From the NCBI RefSeq assembly GCF_009914755.1, contig NC_060940.1: a DNA stretch of 64,000 nt; one strand, written 5' to 3'. Each line of letters begins with the position of its first letter. The stretch's first letter is position 1. This DNA comes from the human T2T-CHM13v2.0 reference genome, Homo sapiens. A model generated the notes under the pieces. It was not told the DNA's origin. It did not search any database and saw nothing but the letters and a program-made list of their open reading frames with translations. This document shows positions 27,001-42,407 of this stretch, one piece after another. Both the position numbers and the translations under genes were made by a program.

Positions 27001-30000
27001 AGTGGATGATGATTGCCATCGATTCCATTCGATCACTCCATTCTATTCCATTTGATGATGATTACATTCGATTCCATTTGATGATTCCATCTGATTCTAT
27101 TCGAGGATTCCATTTGATTCCATTCGATGATGATTCCATTCGAGTCCATTCGATGATTTCATTCGAGTACATCCAATGATTCCATTCGTGTCCATTTGAT
27201 GATTCCATTTGTTTCCATTTGATTATGATTCTACTAGAGTCCATTCAATGACTCCATTCGAGTGCATTCAACAATTCCATTCGACTCCATTCGATGATTG
27301 CATTCGATTCCATTTGATGATTCCATTCGAGTCCATTTAATCATTACAGTCGAGTCCATTTGGTGATTCCACTGGATTTCTTTTGATAATGATACCATTC
27401 CATTACATTTGATGATGATCCCATTCAATTTCATTTGATGATGATTCCCTTAGAGTCCATTCGATGATTTCATTCGAGTCCTTTCATTGATTCCATCCGA
27501 TTTCATTTGATGATGACTCCATTCGAGTCCATTCGATGATTCCACTCGATTTCATTAGATGATTCCATTGGAGTCCATTTCATTGTTCCATTCGATTCCA
27601 TTCGATTCCTTTCGAAGATTATTCCATTTGAGTCCATTCGATGATGATTACATTCCATTCCATTCGATGATTCCATTTGATTCCATTTGATGATTCCCTT
27701 CGATTCCTTTCTTTGATGACTGCATTCCATTCCATTCAATGTTTCCATTCGAATCTATTCCATGATGATTCCTTTCGATTCCATTCGCTGATGTTTCCGT
27801 TCAATTCCATTCGATGATGATTCCATTCGATTCCATTCATTGAGGATTCCATTTGATTCCATTCAATGATGATTCCGTTCTATTCCATTCAATGATTGCA
27901 TTCAATTCCATTCAATGATTATCCCATTAGAGTAAACTCAACGATTCCATTCAATACCATTCGATGATGATTCCTTTTGAGTTCATTCAATGATTTCATT
28001 CAAGTCCATTTGATGATTCCTTTCAATTCCATTCTATGATGATTCCATTCGAGTCCATTCGATGATTCCATTCGATTGCATTCCATGATTCCATTATATT
28101 CCATTCAACGGTGATTCCATTCGAGTCCATTCGATGATTCCATTAGAGTACATTTAATGATTGCTTTGTTTTCAATTCGAAGATGATTACATTCGATTCC
28201 ATTCTATGATACCATTCGATTCCATTCAATGATGATTCCACTCAAATCCATTGGATGATTCCATTCGTGTCCATTCGGTGATTTCATTAGATTCCATTCG
28301 AGGATGATTCCTTTCGATTCCATTCGATGATTCCATTCAATTCCATTCGATGATGATTCCATTCGAGTCCATATGATCATTCCATTTGATTTCATTCGAT
28401 GATGATTCCATTCGATTCCATTCGATGATTCCATTCTATTCCTTTCGATGATGATTCCATTCGAGTCCATTCGATGATTCCATTCGAGTCCATTTAATGA
28501 TTCCATTGGGTTCAATTCGATGATGATTACATTGGATTCCGTTCTATGATTCCATTCAATTCCGTTCATTGACAATTTGATTCCATTCGATGATGATTCC
28601 ATTTGAGTTCATTCGATGATTCTATTCGATTCTCTTCGATGGTGATTCAATTATATTATATTGGATGATGCCATTCGATTCCATTTGATGTTGATTCAAT
28701 TCGATTCTATTCGATGATGATTCCATTGGATTTCACTTGATGATTCTATTCGATTCCATTCAATGATGATTCACTTCTCGTCCATTGGATGGTTCCATTT
28801 CATTCCATTCGATGATGATTCCATTCGATTCCATTCGATGATTCCATTTGATTCCATTCGACGGTGACCAATTCGATTCAATTCCATGATGATTCTATTT
28901 GATTCAATTAGATGATGTTTCCATTCGAATCCATTCCATGATTATTCCATTGGAATCCATTCGGCGATGATTCCATATGAGTCAATTCAATGATGATTCC
29001 ATATGGGTCCGTTCGATGATAATTCCATTTGATTTCATTCGATGCTTCTATTCAATTCCAGTTGATGATGATTCCGTTGGAGTCCATACGATGATTCCAT
29101 TTGATTTCATTTGATGATGATTCCATTCGATTCCATTCGATGATGATTACATTGGATTCCATTCTATGATTCCATTCAATTCCATTCGTTGATGATTCGA
29201 TTCCATTCAATGATGATTCCATTTGAGTTCATTCGATGATTCTATTCGATTCCGTTCGATGGTGATTCAATTCTCTTATATTGGATGATTCCACTCGATT
29301 CCATTTGATGATTATTCCATTGGAGTCCACTTAGTGAATCCTTTAGATTCTACTCGAAGATGATTCCATTCGAGTCCATTCGATGGTACCATTCAATTCC
29401 ATTCGTTGATGCTTCCATTCAAGTGCATTCGATGATATCATTCGATTCCATTTGATGATAATTCCATTTGATTCCATGCGATGATTCTATTCGATTCCAT
29501 TCAATGATAATTCCATTCAATTCAGTGATTCCTCTGGACTCCATTTGATGATGATTCCATTCAATGATTCCATTCGATTCTATTCGAAAATGATTCCATT
29601 TGAATCCATTTGATGATGATTCCATTAGATTCCATTTGATGATTCTATTCGATTCCATTCGACGATGATTCCATTCGATTCCATGTGATGATTCCATTCT
29701 ATTCTATTCGATGATGATTCCATTCGATTCCATTCGATGATGATTGGATTCGATTCCATTTGATGATTTCATTTGATTCCATTCGATAATGATTTTGATC
29801 AATTCCATTCGATGATTCCATTCGATTCCATTCGATAATGATTACATCCGAGTCCATTCGATGATTCCATTTGAGCCCGTTCGATAATTCCATTTGAGTC
29901 CAATCAATGATTGCATTCATTTCCATTCAATGATTCCATTCGAGTCCATTTGATCATTCCGGTAGGGTCCGTTCGATGTTGATTCCATTGGAGTGCATTC

Positions 30001-30173
30001 GATGATTCCATTCGAGTCCAATTTATGATTTGGTTCGAGTCCTTTCGATGATTCCATTCGATTCCACTCGATGATGATTTCATTCGAGTCCATTCGACAC
30101 TTCCAATCGATTCCATTTGATGTTTCCTTTCGAGTCCAATTGATGATTCCATTCAATTCCATTCGATGATGAT
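24052..30173 (+). repeat. Macro-unit 5 (6122 bp; A-to-B hybrid, B-type from about 25.9 kb)
   Basis: Landmark 23837 to 29959; extra TTCCATTCGA at 29121-29140; B markers GAATTC 25925 and GGTACC 29385. Confidence 0.9.
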
Positions 30174-33100
30174 TCCGTACGATTCCACTCTGTGATGATT
30201 CCAAGTGATTGCATTCAATGATGATTCCTTTCGATTGCATTCGATTATGATTCATTTCGTGTTCATTCTATGGTTCCACAGGTTTCCATTCGTGTCCATT
30301 CCATTATTCCATTCTATTCCATTTGATGATGATTCCATTCGATTCCATTCATTGGTGATTCCACTCAATTCCATTCAATGATTCCATTCCATTTCTTTCA
30401 ACAATGATTCCATTAGTTTCTAATCGATGATCCACTTGATTCCATTTGACGACGATTCCATTCTTGTCCATTCGATGATTCCATTTGATTCCATATGATG
30501 ATGATTCCATTCGATTCCATACCATGATGATTCCATTCGAGTCCATTCAATGGTGATTCCATTCAATTCCATTCGATGATTCCTTTCGATTCCATTCAAT
30601 GATGATGGCATTCGATTCCTTTCAATCATTCCCTTTGATTCCATTCAAAGGTGATTTCATTCAAGTCCATTCGATAATTGCATTCGATTCCATTCTATGA
30701 TGATTCCATTCGAGTCCATTTGATGATTCCATTCAATTCAAGTCAATGATGATTCCATTCAATTCCATTCGATGATTCCATTGGATTCCATTCGATGATG
30801 ATTCCATTCAAATCCATTCGATAATTCAATTCAAGTCCATTCGATGATGATTCCAATCGAATCCATTCAAAGATTCCATTCTGTTCCATTCGATGATTCC
30901 CTTAGATTCCATTCGATGATTCCACTTGATTGCATTTACGATGATTCCATTCGATTCCATGTGATGATTCCATTCAATTCTATTCAATGATGTCTCCATT
31001 TGATTCCATTCGACCATGATTGCCTTTGATTCCATTCAATGATTCCATTCGGTTCCGTTTGATGATGATTCCGTTCGATTCCATTTGATGATTCCATTTG
31101 ATTCCATTGGATGAGTCCATTCGATTACACTCGATGATTATTCCATTCGAGTGCATTAGATGATTCCATTCGAGTCCATTCGATGATTCCATTCGATTCC
31201 ATTCGATGTTGATTCTGTTCAAATCCATTCGATGATTCCACTCGATTCCATTCGTTGACTCCATTTGATCCCATTCGATGATTTCCTTTGATTCCCTTTG
31301 ATGATCATTCCATTTGATTCAATTCGGTGATTTCATTTGATTCCATTCAGTGATGTTTCCATTCGACTCCATTCGATGATGATTCCATTCGACTCCATTC
31401 GATTATGATTTCATTCAATTCCATTCGATAATGATTCCCTTCGAGTCCATTCGATGATTCCATTCGATTCCATTCAACGATGATTTGATTCGTGTCCATT
31501 CGATGATTCCATTTGATTCCACTTGACGATGATTCCATTCGAGTCCATTTGATGATTCCATTCAATTCCATACTCCGATGATTTCTTTTGAGCCCACTCA
31601 ATGCTTCCACTCGATTCCATATGATGATGACTCCATTCGATGAAATTCGATGATGATTCCATTCGCTTGCTTTCGATGATGATTCCACTTGAGTCCGTTA
31701 GAAGATTCTATTCAATTACATTCCATGACGATTCCGTTCGAGTCCATTTGATGATTCCATTAGACTCCATTCGACGATGATTCCATTCGATGTTATTCCA
31801 TGATTCCATTCGATCTCATTCGATGATGATTCCATTCAACTCCATTCGATGTTTCCATTCGAGTTCATTCTATTATTCCATTAGATTCCATTCGATGATG
31901 ATTCCATTCGATTCCATTTGATGATTGCATTCTATTTCATTTGATGATGATTCCATTCGAGTCCACTCGATGATTCCATTCGAGTCCATTTAATGAATCC
32001 ATTGGTTTCAATTCTATGATGATTACATTGGATTCCATTCGTTGATGAATTCATTCGGCTCCATTCAATGATGATTCCATTCAATTCCTTTCAATGTTTC
32101 CATTCAATTCCATACGATGATGATTCCATTTGATTTGATTCGACAGTGAGCCATTCGATTCAATTCCATGATGATTCTATTTGATTCAATTGGTTGACAT
32201 TTCCATTCGATTCCATTCGATGATGATTCCCTTTGATTCCGTTCAAAGATGATTCCATTCTAGCCCATTCAATCATTCCATTCGATTCTATTCAATGATG
32301 ATTCCATTCATGTCGATTTGGTGATTCCATTTGACTTCATTTGATGATGATTCCTTTCAAGTTCATTAGATGATTCCATTCGATTCCATTTGATGATGAT
32401 CCCATTCGAGTCCATTCAGTGATTCCATTCGTTTCCATTCCATGATGATTCCATTCCTTTCCATTCAATGATTCCATTCGATTCCGTTTGATGATGATTT
32501 CATTCGAGTCCATTTGATGATTCCATTTGATTCCATTCGATGATGATTCCATTCGAGTCCATTCGATGATTCTATTCGAATCCATTTGATGATTTCTTTT
32601 GATTATATTTGGTGATGATTCCATTGGAGTCCATTCAATGATTCCATTCGATTCCAATTGATGATGATTCCATTAGAGTCCATTTAATGATTCCATTTGA
32701 TTCCAGTCTCTGATGATTACATTCGAGTCCATACGATGATTCCACTCAATTCCATATGATGATGATTCAATTCGATTCCATTCGATGATTCCATTCTATT
32801 CTATTCAATGGTGATTCCATTCGAGTACATTAGATGATTCCATTCGATTCCATTCAATGATGATTCTATTTGTGTCCCTTAGATGATTCCACATGATTCC
32901 ATTAGATGATGATACTATTTGAGCCCATCCAATGATTCCCTTCGATTCCATTCGATGAGGATTCCATTCGATTCAATTCATTGGTGATTCTATTCAATTC
33001 AATTCTTTGATTCCATTCCATTCCATTCGACAATGATTCCATTCGATTTCTTTCGATGATTCCACTCGATTCCACTTGACATTGATTCCATTCGATTCCA

Positions 33101-36100
33101 TTCAATGATTCCATTTGATTCCAGTGGATGATGATTGCCATCGATTCCATTCGATCACTCCATTCTATTCCATTTGATGATGATTACATTCGATTCCATT
33201 TGATGATTCCATCTGATTCTATTCGAGGATTCCATTTGATTCCATTCGATGATGATTCCATTCGAGTCCATTCGATGATTTCATTCGAGTACATCCAATG
33301 ATTCCATTCGTGTCCATTTGATGATTCCATTTGTTTCCATTTGATTATGATTCTACTAGAGTCCATTCAATGACTCCATTCGAGTGCATTCAACAATTCC
33401 ATTCGACTCCATTCGATGATTGCATTCGATTCCATTTGATGATTCCATTCGAGTCCATTTAATCATTACAGTCGAGTCCATTTGGTGATTCCACTGGATT
33501 TCTTTTGATAATGATACCATTCCATTACATTTGATGATGATCCCATTCAATTTCATTTGATGATGATTCCCTTAGAGTCCATTCGATGATTTCATTCGAG
33601 TCCTTTCATTGATTCCATCCGATTTCATTTGATGATGACTCCATTCGAGTCCATTCGATGATTCCACTCGATTCCATTAGATGATTCCATTGGAGTCCAT
33701 TTCATTGTTCCATTCGATTCCATTCGATTCCTTTCGAAGATTATTCCATTTGAGTCCATTCGATGATGATTACATTCCATTCCATTCGATGATTCCATTT
33801 GATTCCATTTGATGATTCCCTTCGATTCCTTTCTTTGATGACTGCATTCCATTCCATTCAATGTTTCCATTCGAATCTATTCCATGATGATTCCATTCGA
33901 TTCCATTCGCTGATGTTTCCGTTCAATTCCATTCGATGATGATTCCATTCGATTCCATTCATTGAGGATTCCATTTGATTCCATTCAATGATGATTCCGT
34001 TCTATTCCATTCAATGATTGCATTCAATTCCATTCAATGATTATCCCATTAGAGTAAACTCAACGATTCCATTCAATACCATTCGATGATGATTCCTTTT
34101 GAGTTCATTCAATGATTTCATTCAAGTCCATTTGATGATTCCTTTCAATTCCATTCTATGATGATTCCATTCGAGTCCATTCGATGATTCCATTCGATTG
34201 CATTCCATGATTCCATTATATTCCATTCAACGGTGATTCCATTCGAGTCCATTCGATGATTCCATTAGAGTACATTTAATGATTGCTTTGTTTTCAATTC
34301 GAAGATGATTACATTCGATTCCATTCTATGATACCATTCGATTCCATTCAATGATGATTCCACTCAAATCCATTGGATGATTCCATTCGTATCCATTCGG
34401 TGATTTCATTAGATTCCATTCGAGGATGATTCCTTTCGATTCCATTCGATGATTCCATTCAATTCCATTCGATGATGATTCCATTCGAGTCCATATGATC
34501 ATTCCATTTGATTTCATTCGATGATGATTCCATTCGATTCCATTCGATGATTCCATTCTATTCCTTTCGATGATGATTCCATTCGAGTCCATTCGATGAT
34601 TCCATTCGAGTCCATTTAATGATTCCATTGGGTTCAATTCGATGATGATTACATTGGATTCCGTTCTATGATTCCATTCAATTCCGTTCATTGACAATTT
34701 GATTCCATTCGATGATGATTCCATTTGAGTTCATTCGATGATTCTATTCGATTCTCTTCGATGGTGATTCAATTATATTATATTGGATGATGCCATTCGA
34801 TTCCATTTGATGTTGATTCAATTCGATTCTATTCGATGATGATTCCATTGGATTTCACTTGATGATTCTATTCGATTCCATTCAATGATGATTCACTTCT
34901 CGTCCATTGGATGGTTCCATTTCATTCCATTCGATGATGATTCCATTCGATTCCATTCGATGATTCCATTTGATTCCATTCGACGGTGACCAATTCGATT
35001 CAATTCCATGATGATTCTATTTGATTCAATTAGATGATGTTTCCATTCGAATCCATTCCATGATTATTCCATTGGAATCCATTCGGCGATGATTCCATAT
35101 GAGTCAATTCAATGATGATTCCATATGGGTCCGTTCGATGATAATTCCATTTGATTTCATTCGATGCTTCTATTCAATTCCAGTTGATGATGATTCCGTT
35201 GGAGTCCATACGATGATTCCATTTGATTTCATTTGATGATGATTCCATTCGATTCCATTCGATGATGATTACATTGGATTCCATTCTATGATTCCATTCA
35301 ATTCCATTCGTTGATGATTCGATTCCATTCAATGATGATTCCATTTGAGTTCATTCGATGATTCTATTCGATTCCGTTCGATGGTGATTCAATTCTCTTA
35401 TATTGGATGATTCCCCTCGATTCCATTTGATGATTATTCCATTGGAGTCCACTTAGTGAATCCTTTAGATTCTACTCGAAGATGATTCCATTCGAGTCCA
35501 TTCGATGGTACCATTCAATTCCATTCGTTGATGCTTCCATTCAAGTGCATTCGATGATATCATTCGATTCCATTTGATGATAATTCCATTTGATTCCATG
35601 CGATGATTCTATTCGATTCCATTCAATGATAATTCCATTCAATTCAGTGATTCCTCTGGACTCCATTTGATGATGATTCCATTCAATGATTCCATTCGAT
35701 TCTATTCGAAAATGATTCCATTTGAATCCATTTGATGATGATTCCATTAGATTCCATTTGATGATTCTATTCGATTCCATTCGACGATGATTCCATTCGA
35801 TTCCATTTGATGATTCCATTCTATTCTATTCGATGATGATTCCATTCGATTCCATTCGATGATGATTGGATTCGATTCCATTTGATGATTTCATTTGATT
35901 CCATTCGATAATGATTTTGATCAATTCCATTCGATGATTCCATTCGATTCCATTCGATAATGATTACATCCGAGTCCATTCGATGATTCCATTTGAGCCC
36001 GTTCGATAATTCCATTTGAGTCCAATCAATGATTGCATTCATTTCCATTCAATGATTCCATTCGAGTCCATTTGATCATTCCGGTAGGGTCCGTTCGATG

Positions 36101-36295
36101 TTGATTCCATTGGAGTGCATTCGATGATTCCATTCGAGTCCAATTTATGATTTGGTTCGAGTCCTTTCGATGATTCCATTCGATTCCACTCGATGATGAT
36201 TTCATTCGAGTCCATTCGACACTTCCAATCGATTCCATTTGATGTTTCCTTTCGAGTCCAATTGATGATTCCATTCAATTCCATTCGATGATGAT
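30174..36295 (+). repeat. Macro-unit 6 (6122 bp, full B-type)
   Basis: Landmark 29959 to 36081; extra 10 bp at 35243-35262; GAATTC 32047, GGTACC 35507. Confidence 0.9.
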
Positions 36296-39200
36296 TCCGT
36301 ACGATTCCACTCTGTGATGATTCCAAGTGATTGCATTCAATGATGATTCCTTTCGATTGCATTCGATTATGATTCATTTCGTGTTCATTCTATGGTTCTA
36401 CAGGTTTCCATTCGTGTCCATTCCATTATTCCATTCTATTCCATTTGATGATGATTCCATTCGATTCCATTCATTGGTGATTCCACTCAATTCCATTCAA
36501 TGATTCCATTCCATTTCTTTCAACAATGATTCCATTAGTTTCTAATCGATGATCCACTTGGTTCCATTTGACGACGATTCCATTCTTGTCCATTCGATGA
36601 TTCCATTTGATTCCATATGATGATGATTCCATTCGATTCCATACCATGATGATTCCATTCGAGTCCATTCAATGGTGATTCCATTCAATTCCATTCGATG
36701 ATTCCTTTCGATTCCATTCAATGATGATGGCATTCGATTCCTTTCAATCATTCCCTTTGATTCCATTCAAAGGTGATTTCATTCAAGTCCATTCGATAAT
36801 TGCATTGGATTCCATTCTATGATGATTCCATTCGAGTCCATTTGATGATTCCATTCAATTCAAGTCAATGATGATTCCATTCAATTCCATTCGATGATTC
36901 CATTGGATTCCATTCGATGATGATTCCATTCAAATCCATTCGATAATTCAATTCAAGTCCATTCGATGATGATTCCAATCGAATCCATTCAAAGATTCCA
37001 TTCTGTTCCATTCGATGATTCCCTTAGATTCCATTCGATGATTCCACTTGATTGCATTTACGATGATTCCATTCGATTCCATGTGATGATTCCATTCAAT
37101 TCTATTCAATGATGTCTCCATTTGATTCCATTCGACCATGATTGCCTTTGATTCCATTCAATGATTCCATTCGGTTCCGTTTGATGATGATTCCGTTCGA
37201 TTCCATTTGATGATTCCATTTGATTCCATTGGATGAGTCCATTCGATTACATTCGATGATTATTCCATTCGAGTGCATTAGATGATTCCATTCGAGTCCA
37301 TTCGATGATTCCATTCGATTCCATTCGATGTTGATTCTGTTCAAATCCATTCGATGATTCCACTCGATTCCATTCGTTGACTCCATTTGATCCCATTTGA
37401 TGATTTCCTTTGATTCCCTTTGATGATCATTCCATTTGATTCAATTCGGTGATTTCATTTGATTCCATTCAGTGATGTTTCCATTCGACTCCATTCGATG
37501 ATGATTCCATTCGACTCCATTCGATTATGATTTCATTCAATTCCATTCGATAATGATTCCCTTCGAGTCCATTCGATGATTCCATTCGATTCCATTCAAC
37601 GATGATTTGATTCGTGTCCATTCGATGATTCCATTTGATTCCACTTGACGATGATTCCATTCGAGTCCATTTGATGATTCCATTCAATTCCATACTCCGA
37701 TGATTTCTTTTGAGCCCACTCAATGCTTCCACTCGATTCCATATGATGATGACTCCATTCGATGAAATTCGATGATGATTCCATTCGCTTGCTTTCGATG
37801 ATGATTCCACTTGAGTCCGTTAGAAGATTCTATTCAATTACATTCCATGACGATTCCGTTCGAGTCCATTTGATGATTCCATTAGACTCCATTCGACGAT
37901 GATTCCATTCGATGTTATTCCATGATTCCATTCGATCTCATTCGATGATGATTCCATTCAACTCCATTCGATGTTTCCATTCGAGTTCATTCTATTATTC
38001 CATTAGATTCCATTCGATGATGATTCCATTCGATTCCATTTGATGATTGCATTCTATTTCATTTGATGATGATTCCATTCGAGTCCACTCGATGATTCCA
38101 TTCGAGTCCATTTAATGAATCCATTGGTTTCAATTCTATGATGATTACATTGGATTACATTCGTTGATGATTTCATTCGGTTCCATTCAATGATGATTCC
38201 ATTCAATTCCTTTCAATGTTTCCATTCAATTCCATACGATGATGATTCCATTTGATTTGATTCGACAGTGAGCCATTCGATTCAATTCCATGATGATTCT
38301 ATTTGATTCAATTGGTTGACATTTCCATTCGATTCCATTCGATGATGATTCCCTTTGATTCCGTTCAAAGATGATTCCATTCTAGCCCATTCAATCATTC
38401 CATTCGATTCTATTCAATGATGATTCCATTCATGTCGATTTGGTGATTCCATTTGACTTCATTTGATGATGATTCCTTTCAAGTTCATTAGATGATTCCA
38501 TTCGATTCCATTTGATGATGATCCCATTCGAGTCCATTCAGTGATTCCATTCGTTTCCATTCCATGATGATTCCATTCCTTTCCATTCAATGATTCCATT
38601 CGATTCCGTTTGATGATGATTTCATTCGAGTCCATTTGATGATTCCATTTGATTCCATTCGATGATGATTCCATTCGAGTCCATTCGATGATTCTATTCG
38701 AATCCATTTGATGATTTCTTTTGATTATTTTTGGTGATGATTCCATTGGAGTCCATTCAATGATTCCATTCTATTCCAATCGATGATGATTCCATTAGAG
38801 TCCATTTAATGATTCCATTTGATTCCAGTCTCTGATGATTACATTCGAGTCCATACGATGATTCCACTCAATTCCATATGATGATGATTCCATTTGATTC
38901 CATTCGGTGATTCCATTCTATTCTATTCAATGGTGATTCCATTCGAGTACATTAGATGATTCCATTCGATTCCATTCAATGATGATTCTATTTGTGTCCC
39001 TTAGATGATTCCACATGATTCCATTACATGATGATACTATTTGAGCCCATCCAATGATTCCCTTCGATTCCATTCGATGAGGATTCCATTCGATTCAATT
39101 CATTGGTGATTCTATTCAATTCAATTCTTTGATTCCATTCCATTCCATTCGACAATGATTCCATTCGATTTCTTTCGATGATTCCACTCGATTCCACTTG

Positions 39201-42200
39201 ACATTGATTCCATTCGATTCCATTCAATGATTCCATTTGATTCCAGTGGATGATGATTGCCATCGATTCCATTCGATCACTCCATTCTATTCCATTTGAT
39301 GATGATTACATTCGATTCCATTTGATGATTCCATCTGATTCTATTCGAGGATTCCATTTGATTCCATTCGATGATGATTCCATTCGAGTCCATTTGATGA
39401 TTTCATTCGAGTACATCCAATGATTCCATTCGAGTCCATTAGATGATTCCATTTGATTCCATTTGAAAATGATTCTACTAGAGTCCATTCAATGACTCCA
39501 TTCGAGTCCATTCAACAATTCCATTCGACTCCATTCGATGATTCCATTCGATTCCATTTGATGGTTCCATTCGAGTCCATTTAATCATTACAGTCGAGTC
39601 CATTTGGTGATTCCAATGGATTTCTTTTGATAATGATACCATTCCATTACATTTGATGATGATCCCATTCAATTTCATTTGATGATGATTCCATTAGAGT
39701 CCATTCGATGATTTCATTCGAGTCCCTTCATTGATTCCATCCGATTTCATTGGATGATGACTCCATTCGAGTCCATTCGATGATTCCACTCGATTCCATT
39801 AGATGACTCCATTGGAGTCCATTTGATTGTTCCATTCGATTCCATTCGATTCCTTTCGAAGATTATTCCATTTGAGTCCATTCGATGATGATTCCATTCC
39901 ATTCCATTCGATGATTCCGTTTGATTCCATTCGATGATTCCCTTCGATTCCTTTCTTTGATGATTCCATTCCATTCCATTCAATGATTCCATTCGAATCT
40001 ATTCCATGATGATTCCTTTCGATTCCATTCGCTGATGTTTCCGTTCAATTCCATTCGATGATGATTCCATTCGATTCCATTCATTGAGGATTCCATTTGA
40101 TTCCATTCAATGATGATTCCATTCTATTCCATTCAATGATTGCATTCAATTCCATTCAATGATTATCCCATTAGAGTAAACTCAACGATTCCATTCAATA
40201 CCATTCAATGATGATTCCTTTTGAGTCCATTCAATGATTTCATTCAAGTCCATTTGATGATTCCTTTCAATTCCATTCTATGATGATTCCATTCGAGTCC
40301 ATTCGATGATTCCATTCGATTGCATTCGATGATTCCATTATATTCCATTCAACGGTGATTCCATTCGAGTCCATTCCATGATTCCATTAGAGTACATTTA
40401 ATGATTGCTTTGTTTTCAATTCGAAGATGATTACATTGGATTCCATTCTATGATACCATTCGATTCCATTCAATGATGATTCCACTCAAATCCATTGGAT
40501 GATTCCATTCGTGTCCATTCGGTGATTTCATTAGATTCCATTCGAGGATGATTCCATTCGATTCCATTCGATGATTCCATTCAATTCCATTCGATGATGA
40601 TTCCATTCCAGTCCATATGATCATTCCATTTGATTTCATTCGATGATGATTCCATTCAATTCGATTCGACGATTCCATTCTATTCCATTCGATGATGATT
40701 CCATTCGAGTCCATTCGATGATTCCATTCGAGTCCATTTAATGATTCCATTGGGTTCAATTCAATGATGATTACATTGGATTCCGTTCTATGATTCCATT
40801 CAATTCCGTTCATTGACAATTTGATTCCATTCGATGATGATTCCATTTGAGTTCATTCGATGAATCTATTCGATTCTCTTCGATGGTGATTCAATTCTAT
40901 TATATTGGATGATTCCATTCGATTCCATTTGATGTTGATTCAATTCGATTCTATTCGATGATGATTCCATTGGATTTCACTTGATGATTCTATTCGATTC
41001 CATTCAATGATGATTCACTTCTCGTCCATTGGATGATTCCATTTCATTCCATTCGATGATGATTCCATTCGATTCCATTCGATGATTCCATTTGATTCCA
41101 TGCGACGGTGAGCAATTCGATTCAATTCCATGATGATTCTATTTGATTCAATTAGATGATGTTTCCATTCGAATCCATTCCATGATTATTCCATTGGAAT
41201 CCATTCGGCGATGATTCCATATGAGTCAATTCAATGATGATTCCATATGGGTCCGTTCGATGATAATTCCATTTGATTTCATTCGATGCTTCTATTCTAT
41301 TCCAGTCGATGATGATTCCGTTGGAGTCCATACGATGATTCCATTTGATTTCATTTGATGATGATTCCATTCGATGATGATTACATTGGATTCCATTCTA
41401 TGATTCCATTCAATTCCATTCGTTGATGATTCGATTCCATTCAATGATGATTCCATTTGAGTTCATTCGATGATTCTATTCGATTCCGTTCGATGGTGAT
41501 TCAATTCTCTTATATTGGATGATTCCACTCGATTCCATTTGATGATTATTCCATTGGAGTCCACTTAGTGAATCCTTTAGATTCTACTCGAAGATGATTC
41601 CATTCGAGTCCATTCGATGGTACCATTCAATTCCATTCGTTGATGCTTCCATTCAAGTGCATTCGATGATATCATTCGATTCCATTTGATGATAATTCCA
41701 TTTGATTCCATGCGATGATTCTATTCGATTCCATTCAATGATAATTCCATTCAATTCAGTGATTCCTCTGGACTCCATTTGATGATGATTCCATTCAATG
41801 ATTCCATTCGATTCTATTCGAAAATGATTCCATTTGAATCCATTTGATGATGATTCCATTAGATTCCATTTGATGATTCTATTCGATTCCATTCGACGAT
41901 GATTCCATTCGATTCCATTTGATGATTCCATTCTATTCTATTCGATGATGATTCCATTCGATTCCATTCGATGATGATTGGATTCGATTCCATTTGATGA
42001 TTTCATTTGATTCCATTCGATAATGATTTTGATCAATTCCATTCGATGATTCCATTCGATTCCATTCGATAATGATTACATCCGAGTCCATTCGATGATT
42101 CCATTTGAGCCCGTTCGATAATTCCATTTGAGTCCAATCAATGATTGCATTCATTTCCATTCAATGATTCCATTCGAGTCCATTTGATCATTCCGGTAGG

Positions 42201-42407
42201 GTCCGTTCGATGTTGATTCCATTGGAGTGCATTCGATGATTCCATTCGAGTCCAATTTATGATTTGGTTCGAGTCCTTTCGATGATTCCATTCGATTCCA
42301 CTCGATGATGATTTCATTCGAGTCCATTCGACACTTCCAATCGATTCCATTTGATGTTTCCTTTCGAGTCCAATTGATGATTCCATTCAATTCCATTCGA
42401 TGATGAT
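36296..42407 (+). repeat. Macro-unit 7 (6112 bp; B/A/B mosaic)
   Basis: Landmark 36081 to 42193. B alleles to about 37.65 kb, A alleles about 38.2-41.4 kb (no 10 bp extra), B alleles again from 41509 (GGTACC 41619). Confidence 0.88.

Noticed and set aside
24155-36399. GGTTCTACAGG variant shared at 24155 and 36399 (offset 12,244), hinting at another dimer period
   Set aside because: It is a single C-to-T site with no concordant flanking markers and is absent at the equivalent position near 48633; recurrence or a tiny conversion is sufficient.
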